Translations under genes and position numbers: made by a program
Notes under the pieces: generated by a model
Databases searched by the model: none
The model's input: only the letters and a program-made list of their open reading frames with translations
Told to the model about the DNA's origin: nothing
In this document: piece by piece, positions 15,028 to 29,131 of the stretch
Layout: every line of letters begins with the position of its first letter
Numbering within the stretch: the first letter of the stretch is position 1
DNA from: Octopus vulgaris
Taxonomy: Eukaryota
Assembly (NCBI GenBank): GCA_951406725.2
Contig: OX597832.1
Coordinates: 434,001-497,995, forward strand
DNA length: 63,995 bases
Direction of reading: 5' to 3'

Positions 15028-15989
15028 ATATATATATAAATATATAATAATAATAATAATAATATTAGGGAGTATAGCCCCAGACTTACAGGGAAAAATT
15101 CGATTTAGTATTAAATCAAATTTCACAGTATAAATATATAAATATATTTCACAGTATAAATATATTTTCCGCTTTAAAATTTTAGTTAATGACACGGTTT
15201 TTGAAAGCTAAGTAAACCTTTACTATTTAAGATTTTTTAAGATATATTAAGAAGTTTTATTGTATTGTATTGTATACTATATAACTACTGATTATTAATT
15301 TGATTCTATAATTATTTAGTTGTTGATATGTATTTCATTATTAGATTATAACTGCACATTATTTGTAAGATATTACTTAGCCAATGTGATATATAGATCG
15401 TAAAATAGTTATACAGTTCTTTTAAGATAGGTTATACATTTTTAATTTGATTTTTAATCTTTAATTTTTTAAATGTATTTCATAAATATATTATATTGAT
15501 ATCTATAATATTTATGTAAGTAATAATGGACTAATTAATTTATTTATTTTTCATTATATGTCTATATATTTATTGATAGAGTAAATTTTAGATTTTAATT
15601 ACTATATTTGTTGATTATAATCTAGATACTTATTTTTAAATATTTTATAATTATTAGATGTGAACTTAAATATGAAAATATGAATAGTGATTATTTTGTT
15701 AAATAATTTGGTAATTAAATATTGGACTATAACTGAGTTAAGTATATTTGAGAGTTTATTATGTTTATTAAAGCCATATTATATCTTCACAGATAAATAC
15801 ATATTTCTATCTATTTTTTTTACCTTAAAAATAAATATTTACATAATAAATGGGTTGTATAAAATAATCCTTATGTTTTAAGTTTCTAATTTAGATAATG
15901 GAGTTTTCATAAGAAAAATTATTATTTTATATATTTCTTAAAAAATATTGTTTAACTCTATTTGCTTATTTATTTAACTATTGTCATTA

Positions 15990-16088
15990 ACCTGAAGATT
16001 GACTATAATTTTAGTTCAAATTTATTTCAATTGAATTTAAACTTAAATTGTAATTCGAATTTAATTATAGCCATGAAACATACGTAGT
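15990..16088 (+). ncRNA. Hammerhead ribozyme candidate, partly degenerate
   Basis: ac-CTGAAGA-ttgactataatt...aattatagccat-GAAA-catacg-TA-gt. Confidence 0.55.
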
Positions 16089-17170
16089 GTTTTTACTTAT
16101 TAGATTATATTTATCATTCTTTTTATACTTTTTGAAAAAAAATCATATATATATAAATTATATATATATATAAATATATATATAAATTATATATCCTATA
16201 TTATATTAATTATACTTATATTATTTGTTATTTATGTATTGGTTTATGTCTATCACTGTTTGAGTTGCCTAATAGTGGTTTTATCTCTAATTCATATTTT
16301 ATATTATATATATATATATACACTCTCCATACTTAATTTGATTGAATTAGATTATTATAATCACTACAATTACCTTAGGGTTTTTACAAATATGTTTGAT
16401 ATGACTGAGTCCCCTGACTCCTACTTAACATTTACATGAATATTTACATATATAGAGATACCTCTACATACAGATGCATGTACAGAAGACCTTAGTATTT
16501 TTCCATTCATGAAGTGAAATAATACTTTCAACTAAACATGCTATTATTTCATATACTAAGATACACTTCAAATAAACAAACAATGAAAAGGAGGGAGGGA
16601 AGAGAGAGAGAGAGAGAGGAAATAAGAGCATAGGATAATTAAAATGCAATGGTATAATAAACTTTGCTACATTTTTGATATTCTTCCTTCTCTCCTTTCA
16701 CTTTAAGTTTAAATCTCCATACCACTTTCATTCACTTTCTCTTGCATGCTTACCTTAACTAACATTCTCAGTCACTCAGAATGCTCATCTTGCTCCCTGT
16801 ATTTCTTCATTGATTTCACTAGTTTCACCTATCTTTTCCACTCCTCCTCTCTCATATTGTATCTTTATTCATTCACCAATGTCTCAGTCAAGTAATCTAC
16901 CATCACCACTATTTCTTACTTTATTTGAGTTACTTTCTGTATTGTTACACAAAAGGTAGGCTGGACAATATCCTTGCATTGATATAGAAATTTTAATTAG
17001 AACATACACAGGTACACATATAGAGATATCTACACAAATATATACACACACATACTTGCACTGTCATATAAACACTATATATGTACAATACATGCATATA
17101 TACAGTTAATGTATGTTGGCATGGATATGAGCATTTATAATTGTGTATGTACATGTGCATTTATAGACAA

Positions 17171-18521
17171 ATCATCATCATCATCGTTTAATGTCTGCTT
17201 TCCATGCTAGCATGGGTTGGATGATTTGACTAAGGTCTGGCAAACCAGATGGCTGCACCAGACTCCAATCTGATCTGGCAGAGTTTCTACAGCTGGATGC
17301 CCTTCCTAATGCCAATGCCACCGGCACACAGGCCAGTCAGATGGTACTGGCAATGGCCATGCTCAAATGGTGCTTTTTATGTACCACCTGCACAGGAGCC
17401 AGTCCAGCAGCACTGGCAGTGACTTCGCTCGAATGTTTTTTTTCACGTTCCACCAGCACAAGTGCTAGTAAGACGATGCAGGTAACGATCATGCTTGAAT
17501 GGTGTTTTTAACATGTCATTGGCACAGAGGCCAGCTTGTTGCTCTGGCAACGATCTCACTCGTATGGTACTCTTGGCACTCCACTAGCACGGATGTCAGT
17601 CATTGAATTTGATTTCGATTTCACTTGCCTCAACAGGTCTTCACAAGCAGAGTTTAATGTCCAATGAAGGAAAGGCACGCATAAGTGGACTGGTTACACC
17701 GCTGGCATAGGCCACAAGGTTATGGTCTCAATTGCGCTTGCCAAGTCTTCTCAAGAACAGCATATTTCCAGAGGTCCCAGTCACTAGTCATTGCCTCGGT
17801 GAGGCCCAATATTTGAAGGTCATGCTTCACCACCTCATACCAGGTCTTCCTGTGTCTACCTCTTCCACAGGTTCCCTCAACTGCTATCGATATCCATTCT
17901 CGCCACATGACCATACCAGCGCAGTCGTCTCTCTTGCACACTACATCTGATGCTTCTTAGGTCCAACTATTCTCTCGAGGTACTTACACTCTGTCGAGTA
18001 TGCACACTGACATTACACATCTATCGGAGCATGCTGGCTTCATTCCTAGTGAGCTTACGCATGTCCTCAGCAGTCACGGCCCATGTTTCACTGCCATGTA
18101 GCATGGCTGTTTGTACACATGTGTCATACAGTCTACCTTTTACTCTGAGCGAGAGGCCCTTTATCACTAGCAGAGGTAAGAGCTCTCTGAAATTTGCCCA
18201 AGCTATTCTTATTCTAGCAGCTACACTTTCAGTGCACCCTCCCCCGCTACTGACTTGGTCACCTAGGTAACAGAAGTTATCAACTACTTCTTAGTTTTTC
18301 TCCCTGGAATGTGGCGGAAGTTGTTCTCTGTGCATTTTCAGTGTTTATTGCTCCCGAGCATCTGCCACATACAAAAACTATCTTCCTAGTTAGCCTTCCT
18401 TTGATATTACTGCATCTCTTATGTGTCCATAGCTTACACTGGGTACATCTTATAGAGTTTCTACCTAAGCCTCTTCTACAGATCAAGCAGGGCTATCTAC
18501 CTGAAGGGATTTGTGGTTTGC
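17171..18521 (-). mobile_element. 5'-truncated RTE LINE fragment (RT C-terminus + 3' UTR)
   Basis: ICRRGLGRNSIRCTQCKLWTHKRC, GRGRHRKTW; closely similar to 35060-36430. Confidence 0.92.
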
Positions 18522-19539
18522 TGTATTAAGTTGTTATTTAGCCCCAAGCAAGCATGACCACGCTGTCTGCTATTCAAACGATATTCAGAACATTATCCAA
18601 GAAGTCTTTTGTTGTTTTAAGTCAATGGGAAGTTGTCTGAGGCAGATTTAGCAGCTACTTCCAACAGGTTTAGAGGTGACATAGCCACAGTCTGAAAAGA
18701 GCATATTACATGTAACAGTAATTTCAATATTATTTTATTCTGTCTGACTAAACACTTTCTATTTACCAATTTAATACAGTTTTATATTTCTCTCAATTGT
18801 CAGGCATTTTTACCTGTATATAATTTGTATTGTTACACAAAAGATAGGCTGGACAATATTTTTATATTGATATAGAAATTTTAATTGGCACAAACATATG
18901 CAGGCATACATATAGAGATTTATACATAAATATATACACACACGTACTTGCACTGTCTTATATACAGTTATCGACAAGTAACAATAAACTTCTACACCAA
19001 GAAACCAAACTACATCTCTTCTAAATTGCATCTTTCCTTTCCTCACGTTTCGTCTTCATACACTATGATTGTCTCCCACTCCTCTTCACAGCTCACTGTA
19101 TCACTGCTTTCCTCCACTCCATCTTTATACCCAGGTTTTCACCAGTCACTGCAATCCCCACTCTCTACATGTGCCTTCTTGGCAATACCTGGCCGAGTAT
19201 ATTATGACTGCCATCCTTGTTACTTGTGAGTATACCCTGGCACTTCATCACCATCTTTTTCTCGCTCTCTCTTGCACTTTTGCTGCTTTCCACTCTTTTT
19301 CTCTTTCCCTTGCTCTTCCCTCTGGCTGGGTAGCCATGTATCTTCTCTACAGCAGCACACCAGTTTCTGCCCTCATTCTTGATCACTCTCTCTCTCTCCT
19401 CTTGCTTTTCCTCCTGGCTAGGTAACCAAGTATCTCCTTTACATCAACACACCTGTTTCTGTTCCCTTTCTTGTACCTCTCTCCCCTACCTTTCTCCCTC
19501 TTCCCCTTCTCTCTCTGGCCAGGCAACCATATACCTCCA

Positions 19540-19892
19540 TGTACCATGTGGACTGGATGCTTTTTATATGGCACTGGCAGGGTCACCAACTAACTTGTAA
19601 GACAAGGTATTTTGAGAGGGGTAGGGGGATTTGGAGGAGGTGATCTTTTTGTCAGATGATGAAAGGTTAGAGTGTGACAGAGAGACAGGGAGGCAGAAAC
19701 AGATGTCTGCCGGTGCCATGTAAAAAGCATCCAGACTACAATGTGGAGTGGCTGGTGTTAGGAAGGACATCCAACTGAGAAAACCCTGCCAAAACAGACA
19801 CAATAGCCCTGGAGAGTCTTCTACCTGGCCGACTCCTGTCAACTGTCCTACCCATGCCTGCATGGAAGATGGACATTAAACGATGATGATGA
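19540..19892 (+). mobile_element. RTE-tail-related short repeat
   Basis: Ends catgcctgcatggaagatggacattaaacgatgatgat. Confidence 0.65.
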
Positions 19893-20610
19893 TATTGTAC
19901 CTAAGTTTAAATTTTGACAGAATCAGTCTTGTCTTTTATCTCCTTGAAATTCATAAAATTTGTACTCGATGCCTTTAACCAGCTGTCCTGTCCCTCTTTA
20001 TTTATTGGTTTGCTCCTACATTTAAAATAACACTTTATAATGATATCTTAATTAGGCAGAAGTTCAACAATTATGAGGCAAGGAAGTTAGTTGATACCAT
20101 AAACTCCAGAATTTGATTAGTACTTTATTTTATTGATCCTCAGAAGGATGGAAGGCAAAGAGGACCTCAGCAGGATTTGATCTGAGAACACAAAGAGCAA
20201 GAACAAATATTACAATAAGGCCAAAAGTTTCAAGGGGAAGGAGAAAGTTGATACCATTGATCTCAGTATTTGACTGGTATTTGATTTATTGATTTCAAAA
20301 GAATGAATGGTACATGCTAAGCTTGGCAGATTTAAACTCAGAATGCAAAGAGCCAGATTAAATAGCACAAGGTATTTTCTGATGCTCTAATAATTTTGCC
20401 AGCTTGCTGCCTTGATAGTTTCTGATTTAGGCTTAAAGCCAGTGATGTTAAGAGGTGGGTTTTGTTGATTGTATAGACCTTGCTACTTGACTGGTACTTT
20501 ACTTTATCAAACCTGGATGGATGAAAGGCGAAGCTGACCTCAGCAGGATTTGAACAAATATTGCAATGCATTTTGTTCAATGCTATAATGGTTCTGTTAG
20601 TTCACCACCC

Positions 20611-20644
<34 letters not shown>

Positions 20645-20671
20645 TATAATAATAATAATGATAATAATAAT

Positions 20672-21010
20672 TGAAAGGAATTCTTGGAGATTTGGATAAT
20701 TCACCTTTGGAAACATGGGTGGTTCATTCAACATCCTTAAAAAATCCTTATTCAAGGACCTTTTGAGCAGATGGGCTACTCGACCAGAAGAAAATTCTAA
20801 CTGGGCCCCACCTGCAAGGTCATGCACTGTTTATCTTGATATGAGATCACCATGTCGCGCACATATGGTTGTGATGCATGTGCCTGGTGTACCCTTATCA
20901 GACAGGTAGTCATGATGGTTATACTGGGCTTCGTATGTTTTACCCCAGTGTCACTTTGATGGCATGCACTGCTCTCTCACTCAATAATAATAATGATAAT
21001 AATAATAATA
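20672..21010 (+). repeat. Unclassified retroposon-like segment between (TAA)n tracts
   Basis: GC-richer island bounded by (AAT)n; no coding motif recognised. Confidence 0.35.
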
Positions 21011-21193
21011 ACCCTGAAATTTGTGGAAAGAGGATAGTTGATTACATCGACCCCAGTACTCAACTGGTACTTAATCTATCAACCCTGAAAGGATGAAAAG
21101 TAAAGTCGACCTTGGTGGAATTTGAACTCAGAACATAGCGACGGGTGAAATGCATTTTGTCCAGCATGCTAACAATTCTACCAGCTTGCCACC

Positions 21194-21242
<49 letters not shown>

Positions 21243-21289
21243 TAATAATAATAAAAATAATAATGATTAATGATAATAATAATAATTAC

Positions 21290-21596
21290 CGTCCAAAATG
21301 ATGAAAAAATGAACATGAGAAGTATAGCAAAAATAGCAAAGTTCCTGGACCTAGCTATTGAATTACAGTAATTGTAGGTGCATTGGGAACTATCCCTAAA
21401 CATTTGAACAAATGGATAGAGGAAATAGGCATAAAACCCAGTGTAGTACAGCTGCAGAAAACAGTGTTATTAGGGACAACTAGGATACTTAAGAAGGCTC
21501 TTGGCATCTAAGGTTACTTGCTGTAGCCCAATGTTAGGATTCTTTTCTTTTCCAGCAGTCTAATCTGTTGAGGTATATAAGCAATAATAATAATAA
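21290..21596 (+). mobile_element. 3' fragment of an R4/Dong-clade retrotransposon (restriction-like endonuclease C-terminus)
   Basis: KIAKFLDLAIEL..VIVGALGTIPKHLNKWIEEIGIKPSVVQLQKTVLLGTTRILKKALGI* (stop 21509-21511); (TAA)n on both sides. Confidence 0.8.
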
Positions 21597-22014
21597 AGGT
21601 TTCAAATTTTTGCACGAGGCCAGCAATTCGGGGAGGGTGGTTAGTCATTACATTGACACCAGTGTTCTACTGGTACTTACTTTTTCAACCTCAAAAAGGA
21701 TGAAAGGCAGAGTCAACCTCAGCAGAATTTGAACTCAGAATGTAAGCCTTTTTCTCAGTGTACTATCAATTCTGTCAGCTCATTGCCTTAATAATAATAA
21801 TAATCCCTTTTATTATAGGCACAATGCCTGAAATTTGGGGGAGGGGGCTAGTCAATTACATTGATCCCAGTGCTCCACTGGCACTTATTTAATCGACCTC
21901 AAAAGGATGAAAGGTAAAGTCAACCTCAGCAGAATTGAACTCAGAATATAAGAATGGACAAAATGCCACTAAGCATTTTGCTTAGTGTGCTAACAATTCT
22001 GTCAGCTTGTCACC

Positions 22015-22065
<51 letters not shown>

Positions 22066-22859
22066 GCTTCAAATTTTGGTAGAAAGCGGGCAATTTTGGG
22101 GGAGAGGGTAAATTGATTTGATTCAACCCAGTGCTCAGTAGGTACTTATTTTATTGACTCAGAAAGTATGAAAGGCAAAGTCAGCTTCAGTGAAACGTGA
22201 GCTCAGAATGTAAAGACAGGCAAAATGCCACTGAGCATTTTGCCTGGCATGCTAATAATAATAATAATAATAATACTGATAATTTTTTTAATTCTCTCCA
22301 CATAGTTACTTCTAATGTGGATGATGATGATGTAGTTATTTGGTTCTTTTACCTATTTCTCTCTTTTGAGCTATTTTGCTAAAGTAACAGGCTTCCTTCA
22401 TCAAACCCTCCATCATTTCTCTTACATCAGTCAGTTTGCACTATTAAACCCTCCATTTTTGTTTTTTACTTTGACTCACTCTTGCATTTCATTACTCCCA
22501 GTCTGGTATACTCAGTTCTTCATCACCACTAAGAGAGGAGGCAAGAAGACACAATGATGTAATTGAAGATATCAGGAAAACAACCATGAAAATCCAACCG
22601 TCATCAACTAAACCAGCATCCCCAAAGAGCACACTCACTTGGCTACCCTGCAGAATGGAAAACAAAATCTGTCAAAGGGTAGATGAATGTAGAAGAGTTG
22701 AGAGACATTCAAATAGCATTTTATTAGTATTGAAAGTCACTTTTTGTAGGGTTAGGTTTACCACAAGAGAATCTCTGTAGCCTTGGTTTGTAACCCCTAA
22801 GAGATGGTGTCATAAGAAAAATACCAGTGACTGTGACTCCTAAACAGTCCTCTTTATGC

Positions 22860-23640
22860 AATAAAATGTATTATCAAAATTGTTTTAATGAGAGCCGATT
22901 TCACCAGGAATGCCTCCACCACATTTTCAGAATAAGTTGGTCCTAATTCATTCCCGACACTAAGGTTCTTGCTGAAGTTAAGGTCACACACTTATTAGGA
23001 AGCAACTATGATGGCCAGGCCAGCTCATCTGTATGGATGACGAGCATATTCCCAAGCAAATACTTTACGGTGAGCTTATGTTAGGAAAGAGAAAAAATAG
23101 CAAGCTGAATAAAAGATATAAAGACTCTTTAAAATCAAATTTGAAATGTCTTAATTATGTCACCAAAGTCTTAAGTCACTTGCAGCAGAAAAAGAAGTAT
23201 GAAGTGCTACAATTTGGTGAGGTGTTAAAGATTTTGTGCTTGACAGAGTTAAGCATGCTGAAATGAAGAGAAAAGTTTATAAAAAGGAAATTATATCAAT
23301 AGTATTGCAAGTGTTTTTCATTCTCTTTAAATGCTCCTTATATACAAAAGTATGCATCTCACACTAGTATGAGATTACACCAGCATACCCATGCAGGTAA
23401 GGCACACATGAACTATTAAATTTCATTTCGGATGATCAGTTTCATTGCCAAGTTTGTCAAAAAATCTCAAGGGCACTTGAAAATTCATAATAAACAGAGA
23501 AAGGAGCCAATACTGAAATGAAACATTGCAGCAGAATTTATGATCAGCTTCTCAAATGCCTTTCAGGGCTTAAAAGTCATTTAAGATCTCATGCTAGGGA
23601 AAGAGCAATTATAGATACAAGAAAAGGTCAAGCTCTGCAA
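22860..23640 (+). mobile_element. Old RTE-type LINE 3' fragment of a different family, with C2H2 remnants
   Basis: MDDEHIPKQILYGEL..GKR...KRYKDSLK; downstream CQVC and GLKSHLRSH. Confidence 0.7.
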
Positions 23641-25799
23641 GAAGCAGACATATGATGTAAAAGATAACAGAAGGATGACAAAAAATTTACAGGAGAAATA
23701 AAACAACAGATGAATATAAACACACTCTACTCTCCATCAACTGTCAACCAAATATCATCACTATTTTGACAACTAGCAACAATATTGTTCAATTTGGCAG
23801 TGCAAGCAATGTTGAGTTGTTGGATTATAAATGAGTGGACATTACAAACAAATAAGGACATAAAAATTTGGGACAAGAACAATAACAAAAAAAAAATGGT
23901 TTGTAGACTGAATAGTAAAGACAAATTCTGGTGGTGGTGGTGGTAGTGGGGAGATACCAAACGAAACAATACACACACACACATGTATGTATGTATGTGT
24001 GCAGGACATCTTTTGACTTGGTGATGACGTTAGGACACGTTGTGTAAAGTAATGAGGAAAAGATTAAAAATTTAAGCAAACTCTGAGCTGAAACACACAT
24101 ATTCACGCATATCTATATATCTGAAAGAATGTGTATATGTTTTAAAAATACGGATATAAACACACACACATACCCATACATATATAATATACATTATGTA
24201 TGTATGGGAATGTGTGAGTGCATGCCTGTGTTAGTGGAGGAGTGGGAATAAAAAGAATTAATTTAGGAAAGATGAGATGAGAATAGGAAGGAAGGCAAGG
24301 AAAAAGGTGCCAATTCAGGGAAATCCTGATGGGTGTGGTGACAACTCTCTCTTTTTCTCTCCACACACACACACACACTCCCATACACCAACACTTCCAC
24401 CATAATTCTACTTTCCCCTTTCACACAACCTGCCCACCATACCCCATCCCTTCATTTTTAAGCTGCTGCCAGGCTTAGTCTTAAGTATTTCTCTGCCTAG
24501 TCAGCATGTGCGCATGCACACACACAATTTTGCCCAGCTAGACAATATGCGTGCATGTGTGTGTGGTCATATGTAAACACATGTATGTATACACATGTGT
24601 GTGAGTGTGTGTGTGTGTGTGTGTGTGCATGCGTGTGTGTGTGGCAGTACTTGTGAGCATAGAATTATGTGCCTGCTTGGATATGTGTGTGTGTGTGTGT
24701 AAGCTCTACACAGAATTCTTCCTGTCTAGATAGTGCATGCGTATATGTATTTGTGTATATGCTTCTTAATGGGTATGTGTGAGCATGACTAGACTACTTA
24801 ATAGTTCATTAGAGGCAGGTGAGTTACCCAGTATCTCTCTCTCTCTCTCTCTCTCTTCCTTCTACACATACACACATGCGCATGTATATGTGTAATATTG
24901 ACACTACAGATATGCAAAATTGTTTATACACATTTACATATATACACATTATATGCAACAGTTGACTTTTGTTAAAATGTGTCGTGTTGACAGTATAGTT
25001 TGCGAACTGGCAGAATTTTTGGAGCATTGGACAGAAAGTATTACAGAGTTTATTCGAACTGTCTATGCCCTGTTACAAATACACTGGAGTCAACTTTGCT
25101 TTTGATCAATTCAGGGTGGATAAATAATATACCAGGGTGGTGGATTTGAGGGACTGAGAGTGTGAGGTCCAGATTTTTGCATTCTGGTTTTGTATTTAGT
25201 TCCATAGTGGTGGGAAATGGGACCTTGAACACCTAGCTGACAATGACAGATCACCAGTGATATGGCAATTATAGCAACATCTCAGCTACATCAACATGCA
25301 TGAATGCATATGAACATCCTTCACTAGAAGAGGTATGGCTGGAGAAGGAAGAAAAATATGGGAAGAAATTATGTGGTTAGATCTTTGGATGCTGGCATTC
25401 ACAGATGTGATGAGACAGGATGGAAAGAAGTGGTGATAAGTTGTACTGCAAACCTAGCTAACTTAAACAGCATAGAATTACTACTGCTGCTGTTGCTGAA
25501 AACAATTTTATAAAGCTGCCAACTAACACTGATGGGAGCAGTGGTGACATTAATATCAGTCATAGCAACAATATCTCAACAGTTGTGGTAATGATGGTGG
25601 TGATAGTTATGACAGTACAAGTGGTCACCAAACTAAAATCAGTTCTTAGTGGCTCCCTTATTTACTGCTGAGCTAGCAGTAATTTTTGTGTTGAGTTAAT
25701 ACTCAAAGTTTCTTAAAATGTTTGAAATTAAATGCCCTCCCCACCACCACATACACCATTTGAGGGTTACCAAGTATGTATGCATGTGCATGTGTGTGC

Positions 25800-25840
<41 letters not shown>

Positions 25841-27099
25841 TGAGTGAGTGTGTGTAAAAATGATAGCAGAATGAGAGTAGTATGACAGGCAGAATAAAGA
25901 TAAGGCCTTAAAATATTTCCCAGCATTACATCAAAAGGTTTTAGCAGAGGTGAAGATAGGATTTGAAGTGTTGTGATAATCAGACTGGAGTCAGGTGCAG
26001 CTTTCCAGTCCTGGTCAAACCATCCAACCCATGTTAGCATGGACAACAGACCTAAAATGATGATGAATATGATGATAATAAATTATCAACTGCTGCAAAA
26101 TTTACTTCAGCAATGGAAGTCAGCTGTAAGATGTAAGCTTCCTCTCTCCTACCAGCATCCATAAAAGGACACCCAAAGATTACTATACCTACATAATATA
26201 GATACACTGTTTCAATAGATGTACAATCTTGGCCTCATTATACAAAATAAAGTTGTTACAGAGGTTTTTATCTCTTTGGGGACAGAAAAAGTACCACTTA
26301 GACTAGCTTCTAGTCTTAAACTTTCACCAGGGAAAGAAAACAACTTCTGTCCACAGAGGGATAAATTGCTTAGAGGCAGGACTATAGCAAGTAGTAAGAA
26401 TTGGTTTAATTGTATAATAGTACATGCATTAACACACACACACACACCTAAATATTTATTCCTTTATTTCTTCATGCTATTATGGGTAAAATGAATATAT
26501 ATTAATGAAGTATTGTTTTTCAACCATATACCCTTCCTGATGCTAACCCTACCTGTTTTTCAAATAAAGAGGCCCTCATTCATAATTACCAAATGGCAAT
26601 TAAGACCAGCTTCATACAAAAAGGGGTGGTATATACACACATGTACAGATATATATATAGAAATAGTAGTTATGTACCCAGCTGTGTGATAGTAGCATTA
26701 AGATAGTAGTAGTGGTGGTATCAGTGGAGTGCTATTATAGTTGCAGTGATAGTGTAATTGTAGAGAGCAGTAGTATCAGTAGATTTATCACTATACTGAT
26801 TTCTGATCAATAAACTGTTTCCACCTCCGACTTCAGCTTGTTTTTTTCAACTCCCTTTCTTTGATAGAATATATTTTCTAACCTCACATCATTCCCTTCA
26901 CCCTCTCACTTTAACACACCCAATTTACACACCTCCCACCTCTCTATGTATTCAATATTAACTTACTAATTTAGTTTTTGTACACATTATAATTCAGCAT
27001 TAACCTCCCTGTACCATAACCACAATACCACAATACTCACAACTACTACCATCACTATCAACACTGAGTTTTATTGGTTTCCTTAGCTTAATCTAAAAG

Positions 27100-27850
27100 A
27101 AGGGCTTATGTAGGTGGTTTTTCTCCTTTCCTCTGAGACTGATGAAATTATAGTGGTTAATGGACTGCTTGAACTGGTCTAAGTCGATGGCTGCAAGAAA
27201 AATTTGTACTAAGGGAATTCCAGAGAGTAGAAATTCTAGAAAGGAAGGACTGGGTGTAATAGTTAATGCAGGGCTTAACAGAAGGTGGTTGGGACACAAC
27301 ATGGCTAAGAAGAAAAAGAGAGATGTGTCAGTCAGCAATATCAGAGTGAAAACGATATCAGATCAGCTAATTCTTCAGAGTAGAGTCTATTTCAGTAGCG
27401 GCAGTAGAAGATACAGAACATTTGTGAGCAGCTTAATTCAAATCAGTAGAGTGGTCTTTGGCTACAGTCTAGGGTATGTTTGTGTGCCTCTGATGTGGGA
27501 GCTATGCTCCATTTTGCATCTCAGTTGAGCTTTGTCAAAAGCATGCAGTTGATGAAGTCTGGAGTATTTTTTCCCCTGATGCTGAAGAAAGAGGTCAGTT
27601 TTTGCTTACTATGTACAAGATGGGTTCTTTAGTGATGGTGAGGTGTAGCCTTTGTAGTGACCTTGGGGGTTCTAATTGTCTACTGGGTATAAGATAATTT
27701 TATTTTGCAAAGTCAAGGGATTCTGTGTTTCATAGATTGGTATGGTTCCATTGGAGAATGAGTTATAAGTTCCTGTATATATAATCAATGGAGATTTATT
27801 GTGCAGTATCTAAGTTACATGTCAATGACACTTAGGTGCAGAAAGTTACA
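27100..27850 (-). mobile_element. Highly decayed CR1/L2/jockey-type RT C-terminal fragment
   Basis: Minus-strand peptides KAQLRCKMEHSSHIRG and LYSEELADLI resemble post-RT LINE motifs. Confidence 0.45.
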
Positions 27851-27874
27851 GGAGTGACACAAACCTGTGTATAT

Positions 27875-28069
27875 TCTTTTTACTTGTTTCAGTCATTTAA
27901 CTATAGCCATGCTGGAGCATCGCCTTTAGTTGAACAAATCAACCTCAGAACTTTTTCTTTGTAAGCCTAGTACTTATTCTATCAGTCTCTTTTGCCAAAC
28001 GCCAAGTTACGGGGACGTAATACACCATGATCGGTTGTCAAGCAATGGTGGGGTGACAATCACAAACAC

Positions 28070-28109
<40 letters not shown>

Positions 28110-28196
28110 GATGGGCTTCTTTCAGTTTCTGTCTACCAAATCCACTCACAAGGCTTTGGTGGACCCAAGGCTATAGAAGAAGACACTTGCCCAAGG
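27875..28196 (-). mobile_element. SINE family A, 5'-truncated
   Basis: Reverse complement matches the SINE at 55847. Confidence 0.85.
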
Positions 28197-28587
28197 TACT
28201 ACAAAACCCAGAACCATGTGCCATATGACAATGTGTGTGCATCTAATTTCTATATGTACACACAAATATAGATAAATATACATGCAATAATGTATAATGT
28301 GTTTTACAAAATATATACGCGTGTGTGTGTACCTATGTGTCTGGCAGTACTTGTGAGCATAGAATTATGTGCCTGCTTAGATGTGTGTGTAGGTGTGTGT
28401 GCGTAATAGAAGGCAGGGAGAGAGAGAGAAAGACAGAGAAAGAGAAGGGACAGTGAAATTAGCTGTCATTAGCAAAACCTGAAACCTTGACAACACTGTT
28501 GGTTCAACATCAGCAAATTTTTGAGACTGGAGTTGGCTGAAGTAAGACATATAGAGAGGAATTTGGCTGACATCAGTACAAAAACAC

Positions 28588-28873
28588 ATCACCACCACCA
28601 TCACCGTATTGTGAGGAACAACTGTACAGTAAAACTACCACTTCCCTCATCACCACCACCAGCATCGCAACCAACAACAACGCCATTACTGTCATTATCA
28701 CCACCATCATCATTGTCACAAACACCATCCCAACTCCTGTCACCATCACATCCACCACTGTCACAGGCCCTTTCATGAAACTCATCAACATCACAACTAC
28801 CAACACCACAACTAATACCATCATAACTAACACCATTACCACAATTGCTTTCATCACAATCATAATTACCATT
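28588..28873. repeat. Degenerate (CAC/CAT/CAA)n low-complexity tract
   Basis: Directly visible. Confidence 0.8.
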
Positions 28874-29039
28874 AAAATGAAGGAGAAATATATGGTGTTT
28901 CTATGCATGGAAGTGTATATATGATCTTGTAAATCTGCATACGTAGATATGCATTTGTGAACTGGGTAAATGAACTTGAGTGAGATCATTATGTACAGTG
29001 CATGTGTGTCTCTCTCTCTATATATGTATATTATATATG

Positions 29040-29084
<45 letters not shown>

Positions 29085-29131
29085 ATACATATACATATAT
29101 TATGCATATATGATATATATATATATATATA

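Larger units (their letters stand above)
20060..22252 (-). mobile_element. Cluster of ~7 copies of SINE family B (Nin/Deu-domain-like) separated by (TAA)n
   Basis: Repeated core gaaaggatgaaaggcaaagtcgacctc.gc.gaatttgaactcagaa at ~20140, 20300, 20515, 21085, 21695, 21900, 22160. Confidence 0.8.

Noticed and set aside
27138-27186. CTGATGA as a hammerhead core
   Set aside because: No stem II or GAAA partner follows
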